Shown here piece by piece: positions 46,073 through 53,856 of a stretch of 53,856 bases of DNA (its first letter is position 1; the number at the start of each line of letters is the position of its first letter). The DNA comes from Candidatus Avispirillum sp. (GTDB lineage Bacteria > Bacillota > Clostridia > Oscillospirales > CAG-272): positions 1-53,856 of the forward strand of contig JAZTXZ010000085.1 in the NCBI GenBank assembly GCA_045636685.1. The letters run 5' to 3'. The notes below the pieces were generated by a model that was not told where the DNA came from, ran no database searches, and saw only the letters and a list, made by a program, of their open reading frames with translations. Position numbers and translations under genes: made by a program.

Positions 46073-49000
46073 GACGCTTTATTCTCCTTTGCATCCTCTT
46101 CAAGTTTTTTATCAATTGTTTCAAGCTCACGCATCAGGCCTTCGATCTTCTGCAAATAAGGATTTTCTCTTTCAATATCCTCCTCTGCTTCTTTCATCTG
46201 CTGTTTGAGACGTTCCATCTCATCTGAGTATCTTATTGCCCGTTCTGCAAGATGATCAAGAATATAGTCTATCGCCTTCGTACATCCAACAGGTGTTTTG
46301 TCCTGATCGATCTCGCAAACGTAGCTTCCTCCATGCGAGCTTTTTATTATAATATAGGGTGATTCCTCCCTCATCTTTGCAGGCAATACGATGGTAAAGC
46401 CTTGATAATCTGCAAATATCCTCTCATATACGATTCCGACATTTTCAGAAACGGCAAGAAGTAGCTCCTCTCCGAATGCCGTTCTCTCCTCATTGGGAAC
46501 AGGCTCCTTAAGCTTCGTATATACATTAAAATCCTTGCGTGCAATATCCGCAAGAGATCTCAGCTTTTCTATCTTTGTGGGAGTTTCGGTTATCACGCAC
46601 CTCAGATCCTGAAGCTGACGCTGCCTTTCTCTTGAAGCTATTTTTGTTCGCTCAAGCAAATTAGAGACCTCCACTCTCTTTTTAATCAGAGGATTGCCTA
46701 TTGCAAGTGCCTTTACCTCTGCATATGAAAGGACCGCATCGGCAATATCCGAAATATCTCTCGTAGCTGATGTTCCGCTGAGAAATGAGCTGATAAACTT
46801 CTGCTTATTTTCAAGGAGCTGCCAGGAATATGCATCAAAGCTACCTTCGGTTATATATCTGAAAATAAATACTTCTTCGGAAGTATTTCCCTTGCGAAGT
46901 ATTCGGCCCTCTCGCTGAACCATATCTGCAGGGCGCCACGGCACAGACAGATGATGAAGTGCCACAAGTCTCTCCTGCACGTTTACTCCCACACCAAGCT
47001 TTGCCGTTGATCCGATGACCACTTTAAGTTTCCCACTGTTCATATCTGCAAAAAGCTTTTCCCTTGCCTTTTCCGTTGTTGCATCGTGAACATATGCTAT
47101 TTCCTCGGTCGCAACACCGTATCTTTCAAGCTTTTCACTAAGGCAGTCGTATACATTAAAGCCCTCCTTAGGCGTACCGATATCACAAAACACTACCTGT
47201 GTTGACTGTGGAAATCTGCGATATATATCAACGACCTTTGATGCGCAGGCATCTATTTTGGTTGTTTCAAAAGCATAGACCGGGATCGAAGGATCAACAA
47301 GTCTTATATCAAGAGCCGCTTTTCTTCCGTCTGTTGTCACCTTTAAAAGGTTGTCCTCTGTGCGTTTGATCTTTTTCAGCCGTATAAGCTCTGTACGCTC
47401 TGACAGACTCTTAATATACTTATCCTGCTCCGCACTTTTCTTAACACAGACATCCGTATATCCTGAGAAAAAAGGAATACCTTCCTCATCTTCATCAATA
47501 CGATGAAAATCACAGATCTGAGCAAAAAGGCTCATAAGCTCACCGAGATTATGAAACGAAGAAAAGCGTGTTACTGTTCGAAGACTTGAGCTGTTTGCGT
47601 CCACATCACATTCAATTGCAGTTTCCCTTTTGCCAAAGGTATTCACCCATGAATCAAAAGAGTTTATTCTGTGGAGCTTAAGGGTCTCAGGCTGAAGATA
47701 CATCTGAAAAGCAAAGAGATCGGCAAGACTGTTTGTCAGCGGAGTACCTGTTGCAAAGATCACTCTGTCAACAAAATGTACCTTCTCAAGCATTTCACGA
47801 CACTTCTTGCTTGAATTACCTCCAAGTCCCACAATATTGTCAGTACGGGAGCCTATGGGGATATTCTTATAGTTATGGGCTTCATCCACAACAAGGGTAT
47901 TTATACCGAGAGAATCAAAAGTGATCCATTTTGATTCCTTAGCTTCAGATATAAACTTTGAAAGTTTTTTTGAGAGAGCACCTGCTTTATTATCAAGAGC
48001 TGCCTTTTCATATTTATCACTTGTATTGAAAGCTGCTCTTTTCAGCTCATCTATTTCTCGGGTATACTTATTAATATAATATTTTTTGCTCATGACGATC
48101 ATATCAAAGCTGCTGTATGCCATATATATGGCAACATAATCTCCGCAGGCGATCTTTGCCAGAACACTGTTCCTTCGCTCAGGAGTAAAATCCTTGGAAT
48201 ATACTGCAAGAATATTATCCTTGGGATAAAGATATGTATGGGCATCAACAGTTGCCTTGAGCACATTATTGGGCACAACCACAAGATTTTTTTGGCTCAG
48301 TCCAAGTCTTTTCAGCTCATGTACGGAGGATATCATCTCATAGGTCTTACCTGTGCCAACATCATGGGCAAACACAGTATTTGTTCCTGAAAGAAGAACT
48401 CTTGCGATGGCATTTCTCTGATGAGGATAGAATTTCACATCCGGATTAAGATCGGGGAGGGAAAGAAATCCACCGTCATATGCTGTGAAGGTATATCCAA
48501 CAAAAGCTTCGTTATAAAAGCTTTCAAAACGAAGCACACGGCTTCTGTCAGCATATACCCAATCGCGAAAGGCAGCTATGATCTCCTTTTGCCTATCCTG
48601 GGCTTCAACAGTTTTGGATTTGTTCAAGATCTGCTCATATTCAAAATATCCGTAAGCTCCTGTGTTTTTGGGAATATAGTCATATACCTTTACGGTTTTG
48701 GCATTCAATGTATCCTCAATTATATCAATAGCAGTGAGATACTGTTTTATTGTTCTTGTATTATAAGGATCGATATTTCCGCGAACACCGTATGTTATAG
48801 TATTGAGAACAGACTGCTTTGCGCTCTCGGTAGCAGTGATCTTCCAACGCCCAAGCTCCCTTGAAAATGTAACTGAGGGCGCCTTTGACAAACGGAGAAG
48901 GTATTTAATAAATTCTGAGTATTCCTTTTCGGGAATCCACGCAGCACCAAGACTGATATGAATATCGCCGATATTTATATATTCGGGAATGATCTTTCTC

Positions 49001-49365
49001 AATGCCTCAATATTGGACTCAAAATGTCCCCCAAATCTTACATTCGCTTTCTGTGCATTCATAAACTTTTCTCTGGCATTACCGTTGAGATATCTGGCAG
49101 ATACTACCCAACCGCGGGATATATCATATGGATCTCGCGGGCCAAATACTTCAGGTTCCTGAAAAATAACGCCCTGTAGCGCATCTCGCACACTCTCCAT
49201 AGTCATTCCCGTCGCTTTTGAAAGGTAGGGCATGTCGACAGTGCCGTATCTGTTAAGACAATCTATCAGCGCTTCATCAGGCCTCATAAGATCGACTATA
49301 TTAACTTCTTCTTCATCTTCATCCATTATTATCCCAAAAACATCTGTAACTTCGTAACTGTTCAT
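46069..49365 (-). CDS. SNF2/SF2 helicase of the DarB / ICE helicase-methylase type, without methyltransferase domain
   Basis: LGAAWIP, YPHQRNA, AHDVGTGKT, VVDEAHNYKN, FATGTP, GVGVNVQ, PWRPADM.QREGR, SFDAYSWQ. Confidence 0.87.
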   Translation of the reverse strand: MNSYEVTDVFGIIMDEDEEEVNIVDLMRPDEALIDCLNRYGTVDMPYLSKATGMTMESVRDALQGVIFQEPEVFGPRDPYDISRGWVVSARYLNGNAREKFMNAQKANVRFGGHFESNIEALRKIIPEYINIGDIHISLGAAWIPEKEYSEFIKYLLRLSKAPSVTFSRELGRWKITATESAKQSVLNTITYGVRGNIDPYNTRTIKQYLTAIDIIEDTLNAKTVKVYDYIPKNTGAYGYFEYEQILNKSKTVEAQDRQKEIIAAFRDWVYADRSRVLRFESFYNEAFVGYTFTAYDGGFLSLPDLNPDVKFYPHQRNAIARVLLSGTNTVFAHDVGTGKTYEMISSVHELKRLGLSQKNLVVVPNNVLKATVDAHTYLYPKDNILAVYSKDFTPERRNSVLAKIACGDYVAIYMAYSSFDMIVMSKKYYINKYTREIDELKRAAFNTSDKYEKAALDNKAGALSKKLSKFISEAKESKWITFDSLGINTLVVDEAHNYKNIPIGSRTDNIVGLGGNSSKKCREMLEKVHFVDRVIFATGTPLTNSLADLFAFQMYLQPETLKLHRINSFDSWVNTFGKRETAIECDVDANSSSLRTVTRFSSFHNLGELMSLFAQICDFHRIDEDEEGIPFFSGYTDVCVKKSAEQDKYIKSLSERTELIRLKKIKRTEDNLLKVTTDGRKAALDIRLVDPSIPVYAFETTKIDACASKVVDIYRRFPQSTQVVFCDIGTPKEGFNVYDCLSEKLERYGVATEEIAYVHDATTEKAREKLFADMNSGKLKVVIGSTAKLGVGVNVQERLVALHHLSVPWRPADMVQREGRILRKGNTSEEVFIFRYITEGSFDAYSWQLLENKQKFISSFLSGTSATRDISDIADAVLSYAEVKALAIGNPLIKKRVEVSNLLERTKIASRERQRQLQDLRCVITETPTKIEKLRSLADIARKDFNVYTKLKEPVPNEERTAFGEELLLAVSENVGIVYERIFADYQGFTIVLPAKMREESPYIIIKSSHGGSYVCEIDQDKTPVGCTKAIDYILDHLAERAIRYSDEMERLKQQMKEAEEDIERENPYLQKIEGLMRELETIDKKLEEDAKENKAS

Positions 49366-49432
49366 TTCCGTCTTTTCCTTTCACGATACCTTACTATTTT
49401 GTATCAGACAATTATTTATAGTTATTCTCTTA

Positions 49433-49464
49433 ATATAACGGTCACAGACGCGTTTTTTTCGCAA
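49433..49464 (-). promoter_or_regulatory. ECF-like promoter motif, copy 2
   Basis: TTGCGAAAAA-N14-CGTTATAT, 68 nt upstream of the helicase ATG and just downstream of a terminator. Confidence 0.6.
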
Positions 49465-49471
49465 AAAATAA

Positions 49472-49517
49472 AAAAGCCCGTGCAAAGCTGAAATCTTTCA
49501 GTTTTGCATGGGCTTTT
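49472..49517 (-). terminator. intrinsic terminator insulating the helicase operon from upstream genes
   Basis: long hairpin AAAAGCCCGTGCAAAGCTGAAA...TTTCAGTTTTGCATGGGCTTTT with a minus-strand U tract. Confidence 0.8.
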
Positions 49518-49522
49518 CATTA

Positions 49523-50239
49523 TCAAAAGCTCACATAATTTGATGGAATATCTTTTGTATAGAGATGAGCGCTGTCTGAAAGGGTGAGCACTTTGGGAAC
49601 ACAATACTTCCCCGCAGAATCCGGCGAAAACTCAATAAGTGTCAGTCCTGTATGGCACATATCAAAATGGGTACAGAACTGGGGATAAGGAATATCGAGA
49701 AGGCAGGATAAAAACAAAAGTCCGAAGCCCTGATGAGCAAAGAGAGCTACTCTTTTATCGTTATGCTCCTTGATCCTATACTTTCCGGTATAACGCTCGT
49801 GAATATAGCCGAGAGACTCAAAAAACTTATCCGCTTCTCTATATACCCTCTCTACTCCCTTTTCGTAGTTATACTTTGCAATCTCGGGATGATCAAACCA
49901 GCGGTCTCCCCTCTCTCTTATTTCTCTGCTTGTGAAAAGATCGATGATCTTTTCGTTATGGAAAAGCCAGGTGTTTCCGCTTCCGTCATCCTTGGGGATA
50001 GTCATATCGCACCAGGTATAGTGCTCGTTTGCAAAATCAAGAAGCTCTGCTTCCATTCCCAATTTTTCACAGGTGGGAGCGGCTGTCTGTCTTGCTCTCG
50101 TTGATGTGGAAACGTATATTTTGTCGAGTCCCGTTTTTGCTATTTTCTCGGAAAGAGCCTCTGCCTGAAGGTGACCGTGAGGGGTGAGGCTGTCGGGATC
50201 GTAAATGGGATCTCCGTGTCTGATATAATAAAATAACAT
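49523..50239 (-). CDS. histidine phosphatase family protein
   Basis: IRHG, LT..G..QA, R..QTA, AHQG. Confidence 0.9.
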   Translation of the reverse strand: MLFYYIRHGDPIYDPDSLTPHGHLQAEALSEKIAKTGLDKIYVSTSTRARQTAAPTCEKLGMEAELLDFANEHYTWCDMTIPKDDGSGNTWLFHNEKIIDLFTSREIRERGDRWFDHPEIAKYNYEKGVERVYREADKFFESLGYIHERYTGKYRIKEHNDKRVALFAHQGFGLLFLSCLLDIPYPQFCTHFDMCHTGLTLIEFSPDSAGKYCVPKVLTLSDSAHLYTKDIPSNYVSF

Positions 50240-50249
50240 ATTAACACCC

Positions 50250-51518
50250 TTATTTCAGCTTTGTCTTGAGTACTCCGTTCATAGCCGCAACGAAGTCTTC
50301 AACGGTCTTTTCTCTCCATTCAGTCTCTGTGGGATAGTAAAGCTCCATATAGTTCTCTTTTACTATCTCAGATGTAATCTTACTGTCGGAGGGATACTTG
50401 TGCTGTCGGTTTTCATCTACAGTATATTTAAGAGAAAGGATAGTATCAAAGAATTCATCGCCGATGGTTCCGAACTCAAAGCAAGTAGAGAAAAGCTCCT
50501 TATCGCTTTTCTTTGCATCACGGAGTCTGTAATAGAAATCGGTAGTATCGCCTGTTGTGGCATAGAAGGACTCGCTGTCATATGCAATAATATTGTCGTA
50601 TCCGAATGCCTTCGCCGTTTCCTTCTCCGTCATCTTATCGTATACGGAATTGAATATTACCATATTGTATCTGGGGCCGTAGCCTGAATGGATATCAACG
50701 TGGATAATATTTTCATACTCTCCGGAAAGAGTATCCTCAAAAACGCTCTTCAGATAAGTCGTTGACTTTTCGTCACCGTTACCGCCGTAGTAAACTCCCT
50801 CGGGATACTCGTACTGTCCCGTAAGAAGCGCATCGGAAACTGTATCTGCGCCAACTGTCAGCGCTTCCTTTGCAAGAGAGAGATAGAATCCCGCCTCGTG
50901 CCAGAGAGCATTACCGATCTTTCCCTCAGGCTGAAGGAAGTTCTTCACCTTGGGATATTCCTTATTTGATGAGAGATCGAAATTCTCCCAATCGATAATA
51001 AAGTTACGGTTAAGGTCGACGTTGTTTTCATTATATCTGCGATAATATTTCATGCCGTAGGGATTAACGTTTGCAACGACAAGGATTCCTGTATTTTCCT
51101 TATCAAGATCAGGATAGATCTCCTCGAAAAATACGTCAAGCATAGTAGAGCCGATATAGCCCTCCATACCGTGAACACCTGTTGTAAGAACGATAAGATT
51201 TGTTTTCTTATCCTTGGAGGAAAGATAAATATTGTCAATATAAAGGTCGTCCTCTTCGTCAACGGCATAGCTCTCTGTTTCAACAGTAGCGCCACTGTCT
51301 CGAAGCTTCTTTACACGGGACTCGAGATTTTTTCTGACCTCATCGTAGGTATTGAGAAAATACTCGCTGTAATTATACTCCTCTGCCACCTCAGGCTGAC
51401 GTACAGCGGCAAGGATAACGGGAGGGCCGATAAGGGTTGATAAAAGGATAACAGCAGCAAGTGTGAGACAGATTATAATTATAAGCTTTCTGAAAGAAGC
51501 CTTTTTCTTATTCTCCAT
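50250..51518 (-). CDS. membrane-anchored M14-family zinc carboxypeptidase-like protein (DUF2817-like)
   Basis: N-terminal TM, GVHGMEG, NPYG, NVDLNRNF, DIHSG, FEFGT. Confidence 0.8.
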   Translation of the reverse strand: MENKKKASFRKLIIIICLTLAAVILLSTLIGPPVILAAVRQPEVAEEYNYSEYFLNTYDEVRKNLESRVKKLRDSGATVETESYAVDEEDDLYIDNIYLSSKDKKTNLIVLTTGVHGMEGYIGSTMLDVFFEEIYPDLDKENTGILVVANVNPYGMKYYRRYNENNVDLNRNFIIDWENFDLSSNKEYPKVKNFLQPEGKIGNALWHEAGFYLSLAKEALTVGADTVSDALLTGQYEYPEGVYYGGNGDEKSTTYLKSVFEDTLSGEYENIIHVDIHSGYGPRYNMVIFNSVYDKMTEKETAKAFGYDNIIAYDSESFYATTGDTTDFYYRLRDAKKSDKELFSTCFEFGTIGDEFFDTILSLKYTVDENRQHKYPSDSKITSEIVKENYMELYYPTETEWREKTVEDFVAAMNGVLKTKLK

Positions 51519-52833
51519 GATTTTCTCCTTTTTTATCGGGGATTAAAAACATAAACACAAGTGAGCTTATAAGAAGCATTGCGGGATAAGTAAGATAACG
51601 GATAATTTCAAAGGCTGTAATCTCTCCGCCGAGGGTGCTGACAACGGACATGGCAACAAGTATCTGTGCGCCGTAAGGAAGCACTCCCTGGAAAATGCAG
51701 GAGAAGGTATCAAGAATAGATGCTGTCTTTCTACTGCTGATCCCGTATTTTTCGCTCATTTCACGAGCAATGGGGTTTGCCATAACGATTGCAACTGTGT
51801 TATTTGCTGTTGCAATATCCATAAGGCCAACAAGGAGACCGATACCAAGCTGACCGCCCTTCTTACCCTTGAATACTCGGAATATCCACGAAAGGAGAGC
51901 CTCAAAACCTCCGTTATATCGGATAAGGCCGCAAAGTGCAGAAACGAGAATTGCAACCATTGAGGTTTCAAACATGCCGGCAGCACCCGCTCCCATGCCG
52001 GAAAGGAGCTCATGGAAAGCAACTCCGCCTGTAAGCATCATAATAAGAGAACCTGAAAGAATACCGACAAAAAGAGTGATAAATACGTTGATTCCAATAA
52101 TTCCGCAAACAAGAACGAGAATATAAGGGATTATATTTATCAAATTGTAGTCGTGAAGGATTTTTTCAGGGATATCCGCGCCTAAGGAAAGAACAAGAAT
52201 TATTATGATTGAAACAATCGCCGCAGGAACAACTATTGCAAAGTTTGTCTTGAACTTATCCTTCATCTTACAGCCCTGACCGTTGCAGGCAGCAATTGTG
52301 GTATCGGAAATAAAGGAAAGATTATCTCCAAACATAGCACCGCCAACAACCGTACCAACGCAAAGAGGAAGAGAAAAACCGCTTCCCTCGCTGATTGCAA
52401 CAGCAATAGGAGCGATGAGGGTAATTGTACCAACGGAGGTGCCCATAGCGGTTGAAACAAAGCAGCTGACAAGAAAAAGAACAACAACCGCAAGTCTCGG
52501 AGGAGTTATGGAAAGCATAAAATATGCAACACTCTCAGCAGACTCTCTGCCAACAACTCCAACGAAAATACCTGCAAGCAGGAATATAAAGATCATGGTT
52601 ATAATATTCTTATCTCCGACTCCCTCACCCATGATCTCAAATTTTTTATCAAGGGAGACTCCTCTGGTTTGCAAAACTGCAACAAAAATAGATATGAGAA
52701 ATGCAACTACAACAGGAACTGAGTAAAATCCCATTGGAATTTTCATAACGTACTCGAAAATAATTCCGAGAGCCAAATAAAATACAACGAATACCCCTAC
52801 AGGTATAAGCGCAAAAGGATTTGATCTTTTCAT
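51508..52833 (-). CDS. Na+/H+ antiporter NhaC-family transporter (possible amino-acid carrier)
   Basis: MGTSVGT, GAMFGDNLSFISDTTIAA, ANNTVAI, LPYGAQ. Confidence 0.88.
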   Translation of the reverse strand: MKRSNPFALIPVGVFVVFYLALGIIFEYVMKIPMGFYSVPVVVAFLISIFVAVLQTRGVSLDKKFEIMGEGVGDKNIITMIFIFLLAGIFVGVVGRESAESVAYFMLSITPPRLAVVVLFLVSCFVSTAMGTSVGTITLIAPIAVAISEGSGFSLPLCVGTVVGGAMFGDNLSFISDTTIAACNGQGCKMKDKFKTNFAIVVPAAIVSIIIILVLSLGADIPEKILHDYNLINIIPYILVLVCGIIGINVFITLFVGILSGSLIMMLTGGVAFHELLSGMGAGAAGMFETSMVAILVSALCGLIRYNGGFEALLSWIFRVFKGKKGGQLGIGLLVGLMDIATANNTVAIVMANPIAREMSEKYGISSRKTASILDTFSCIFQGVLPYGAQILVAMSVVSTLGGEITAFEIIRYLTYPAMLLISSLVFMFLIPDKKGENHGE

Positions 52834-53160
52834 AAAACTCCACTTTCAATAGATTATTTTAAATATTATATCATACTTTTTCTCGCGTATCAAGATAGTT
52901 AATAAAGGACAACACAAGCTCTTTATCAAGATTATCCTGTAAAACAAGAAGTCATTATAGTGTATCATCAAAAAAACCTTCGCCTCTGATAGCGAAGGTT
53001 TTTTTCCATTTTCTGACTATAAATGTCATTAATTTAAAACAGACACAGAGGATTTTACCAAATCATGAAAAATGTCCTGCAATATAGTGAAAAACGCGCT
53101 AACTATGATCATCCACAAATAGTTTAAACGTTCTATATCTGTACTCAGACCCATTTCCGC

Positions 53161-53586
53161 TTATTGTAAATACTTTTCAGCCTCCCTGAGAACATGCTTT
53201 GCGCTGTCAAATCTCAGTTTTTCAACGGCAGACTCAAAATCAAGCAGATATATCTCGTCTATCTCACTTTCCTGAGGCTTAGGAACCTGGTTCTTATACT
53301 CACAAAGAAAATATACAACCTCTTTATCGATTCTTACCCCTTCTCTGACGAAGGTATAGGACTCCTCATGGCGAAATCCATCGATAAAATCAACTGAAAC
53401 GCCGGTTTCCTCAAGGATCTCACGCCGCGCAGTCTCCATCTCGGTTTCTCCGTTTTCAACGTGGCCCTTGGGAAAGCCGCAGAGCCCTTCAACGGATTTA
53501 ATTATCAGGCATTTTCTCGTGCCACCTTCATATGTGAAAACAACGGCACCGCAGGATTTTTCCTTTCTGCTTTTCAATCTTGTCAC
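53161..53586 (-). CDS. NUDIX hydrolase (Ap4A hydrolase-like)
   Basis: EKSCGAVVF, FPKGHVENGETEMETARREILEETG Nudix box. Confidence 0.9.
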   Translation of the reverse strand: MTRLKSRKEKSCGAVVFTYEGGTRKCLIIKSVEGLCGFPKGHVENGETEMETARREILEETGVSVDFIDGFRHEESYTFVREGVRIDKEVVYFLCEYKNQVPKPQESEIDEIYLLDFESAVEKLRFDSAKHVLREAEKYLQ

Positions 53587-53680
53587 ATAATCACCGCCTT
53601 TGTTTAATTATAACACATAATCATGGCTTTTTCAACAGTTTATATATCATTGAACATTAAATAGATAACATTAAAGCACA

Positions 53681-53710
53681 AAAAAACACACCCGATTGGG
53701 TGTGTTTTTT
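53681..53710. terminator. bidirectional terminator hairpin
   Basis: AAAAAACACACCC-GATT-GGGTGTGTTTTTT. Confidence 0.8.
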
Positions 53711-53715
53711 TGTGC

Positions 53716-53856
53716 CTCCCCCTGCTGGGTTAGGGCAGATAAAACGATTGAGTATCGTTTTATCAAGCGGTGTCTGACAAAGCACGATTTTTTCGAGCTG
53801 AGTGCATCGAAGCGATGAAAAAAAAGATGCGACTCAGACTGGTGCAAAGCAGAACC
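53716..53856 (-). other. tRNA-Asn-like 3' end with ~120-nt structured insertion in the T-loop (truncated by window edge)
   Basis: minus strand GGTTC-[120 nt]-AACCCAGCAGGGGGAG, then a terminator; resembles the end of Firmicute tRNA-Asn (GCTGGTTCGAACCCAGCAGGGGGAG). Confidence 0.5.

Noticed and set aside
33224-49517. Locus as an ICE or prophage because of the DarB-like helicase
   Set aside because: No integrase, relaxase, T4SS, phage structural genes or flanking direct repeats were seen; mobility cannot be supported from this window.
52915-52945. CTCTTTATCAAGA resembling the start of a SAM-I riboswitch upstream of the NhaC-family gene
   Set aside because: On the wrong strand for that gene, and the remaining SAM-I elements are absent.

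Overview
Chromosomal window from a spore-forming Firmicute, most likely Clostridia (spoVT with a SigG-type promoter, dockerin/cohesin protein, DUF1858, trmK-Nif3). Positions 1-23.3 kb are mostly housekeeping: spoVT, a partial capsule/EPS regulatory cluster (wzz/cpsC, cpsD, cpsB, a sortase substrate, LCP, capD), upp, two RluA enzymes flanking lnt, murA, trmK, ispD/ispF, a probable 6S RNA, rpe, mgtE and gpmI. Positions 23.3-53.6 kb are an all-minus-strand accessory stretch. Its highlight is a ~16 kb, 10-gene locus (33.2-49.5 kb) that I do not recognise as a described system. Operon A encodes a DarB-like SNF2 helicase, a MoxR AAA+ ATPase and a metallopeptidase-vWA protein. Operon B encodes a divergent ECF-like sigma factor, a ZAS anti-sigma, a Card1/Can2-like CARF nuclease, a TM-RCK-RCK-RyR channel-like protein, a soluble ClpN/ClpB-AAA/pseudo-receiver/FtsH protease fusion, a second TM-RCK-RCK-RyR protein and a solo RyR-domain protein. 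Both operons are preceded by the same identically spaced ECF-like promoter motif (TTGCGAAAAA-N14-CGTTATAT), which suggests a single regulon, possibly for anti-phage defence or conflict. All domain calls come from motifs recognised by eye; no database searches were run.
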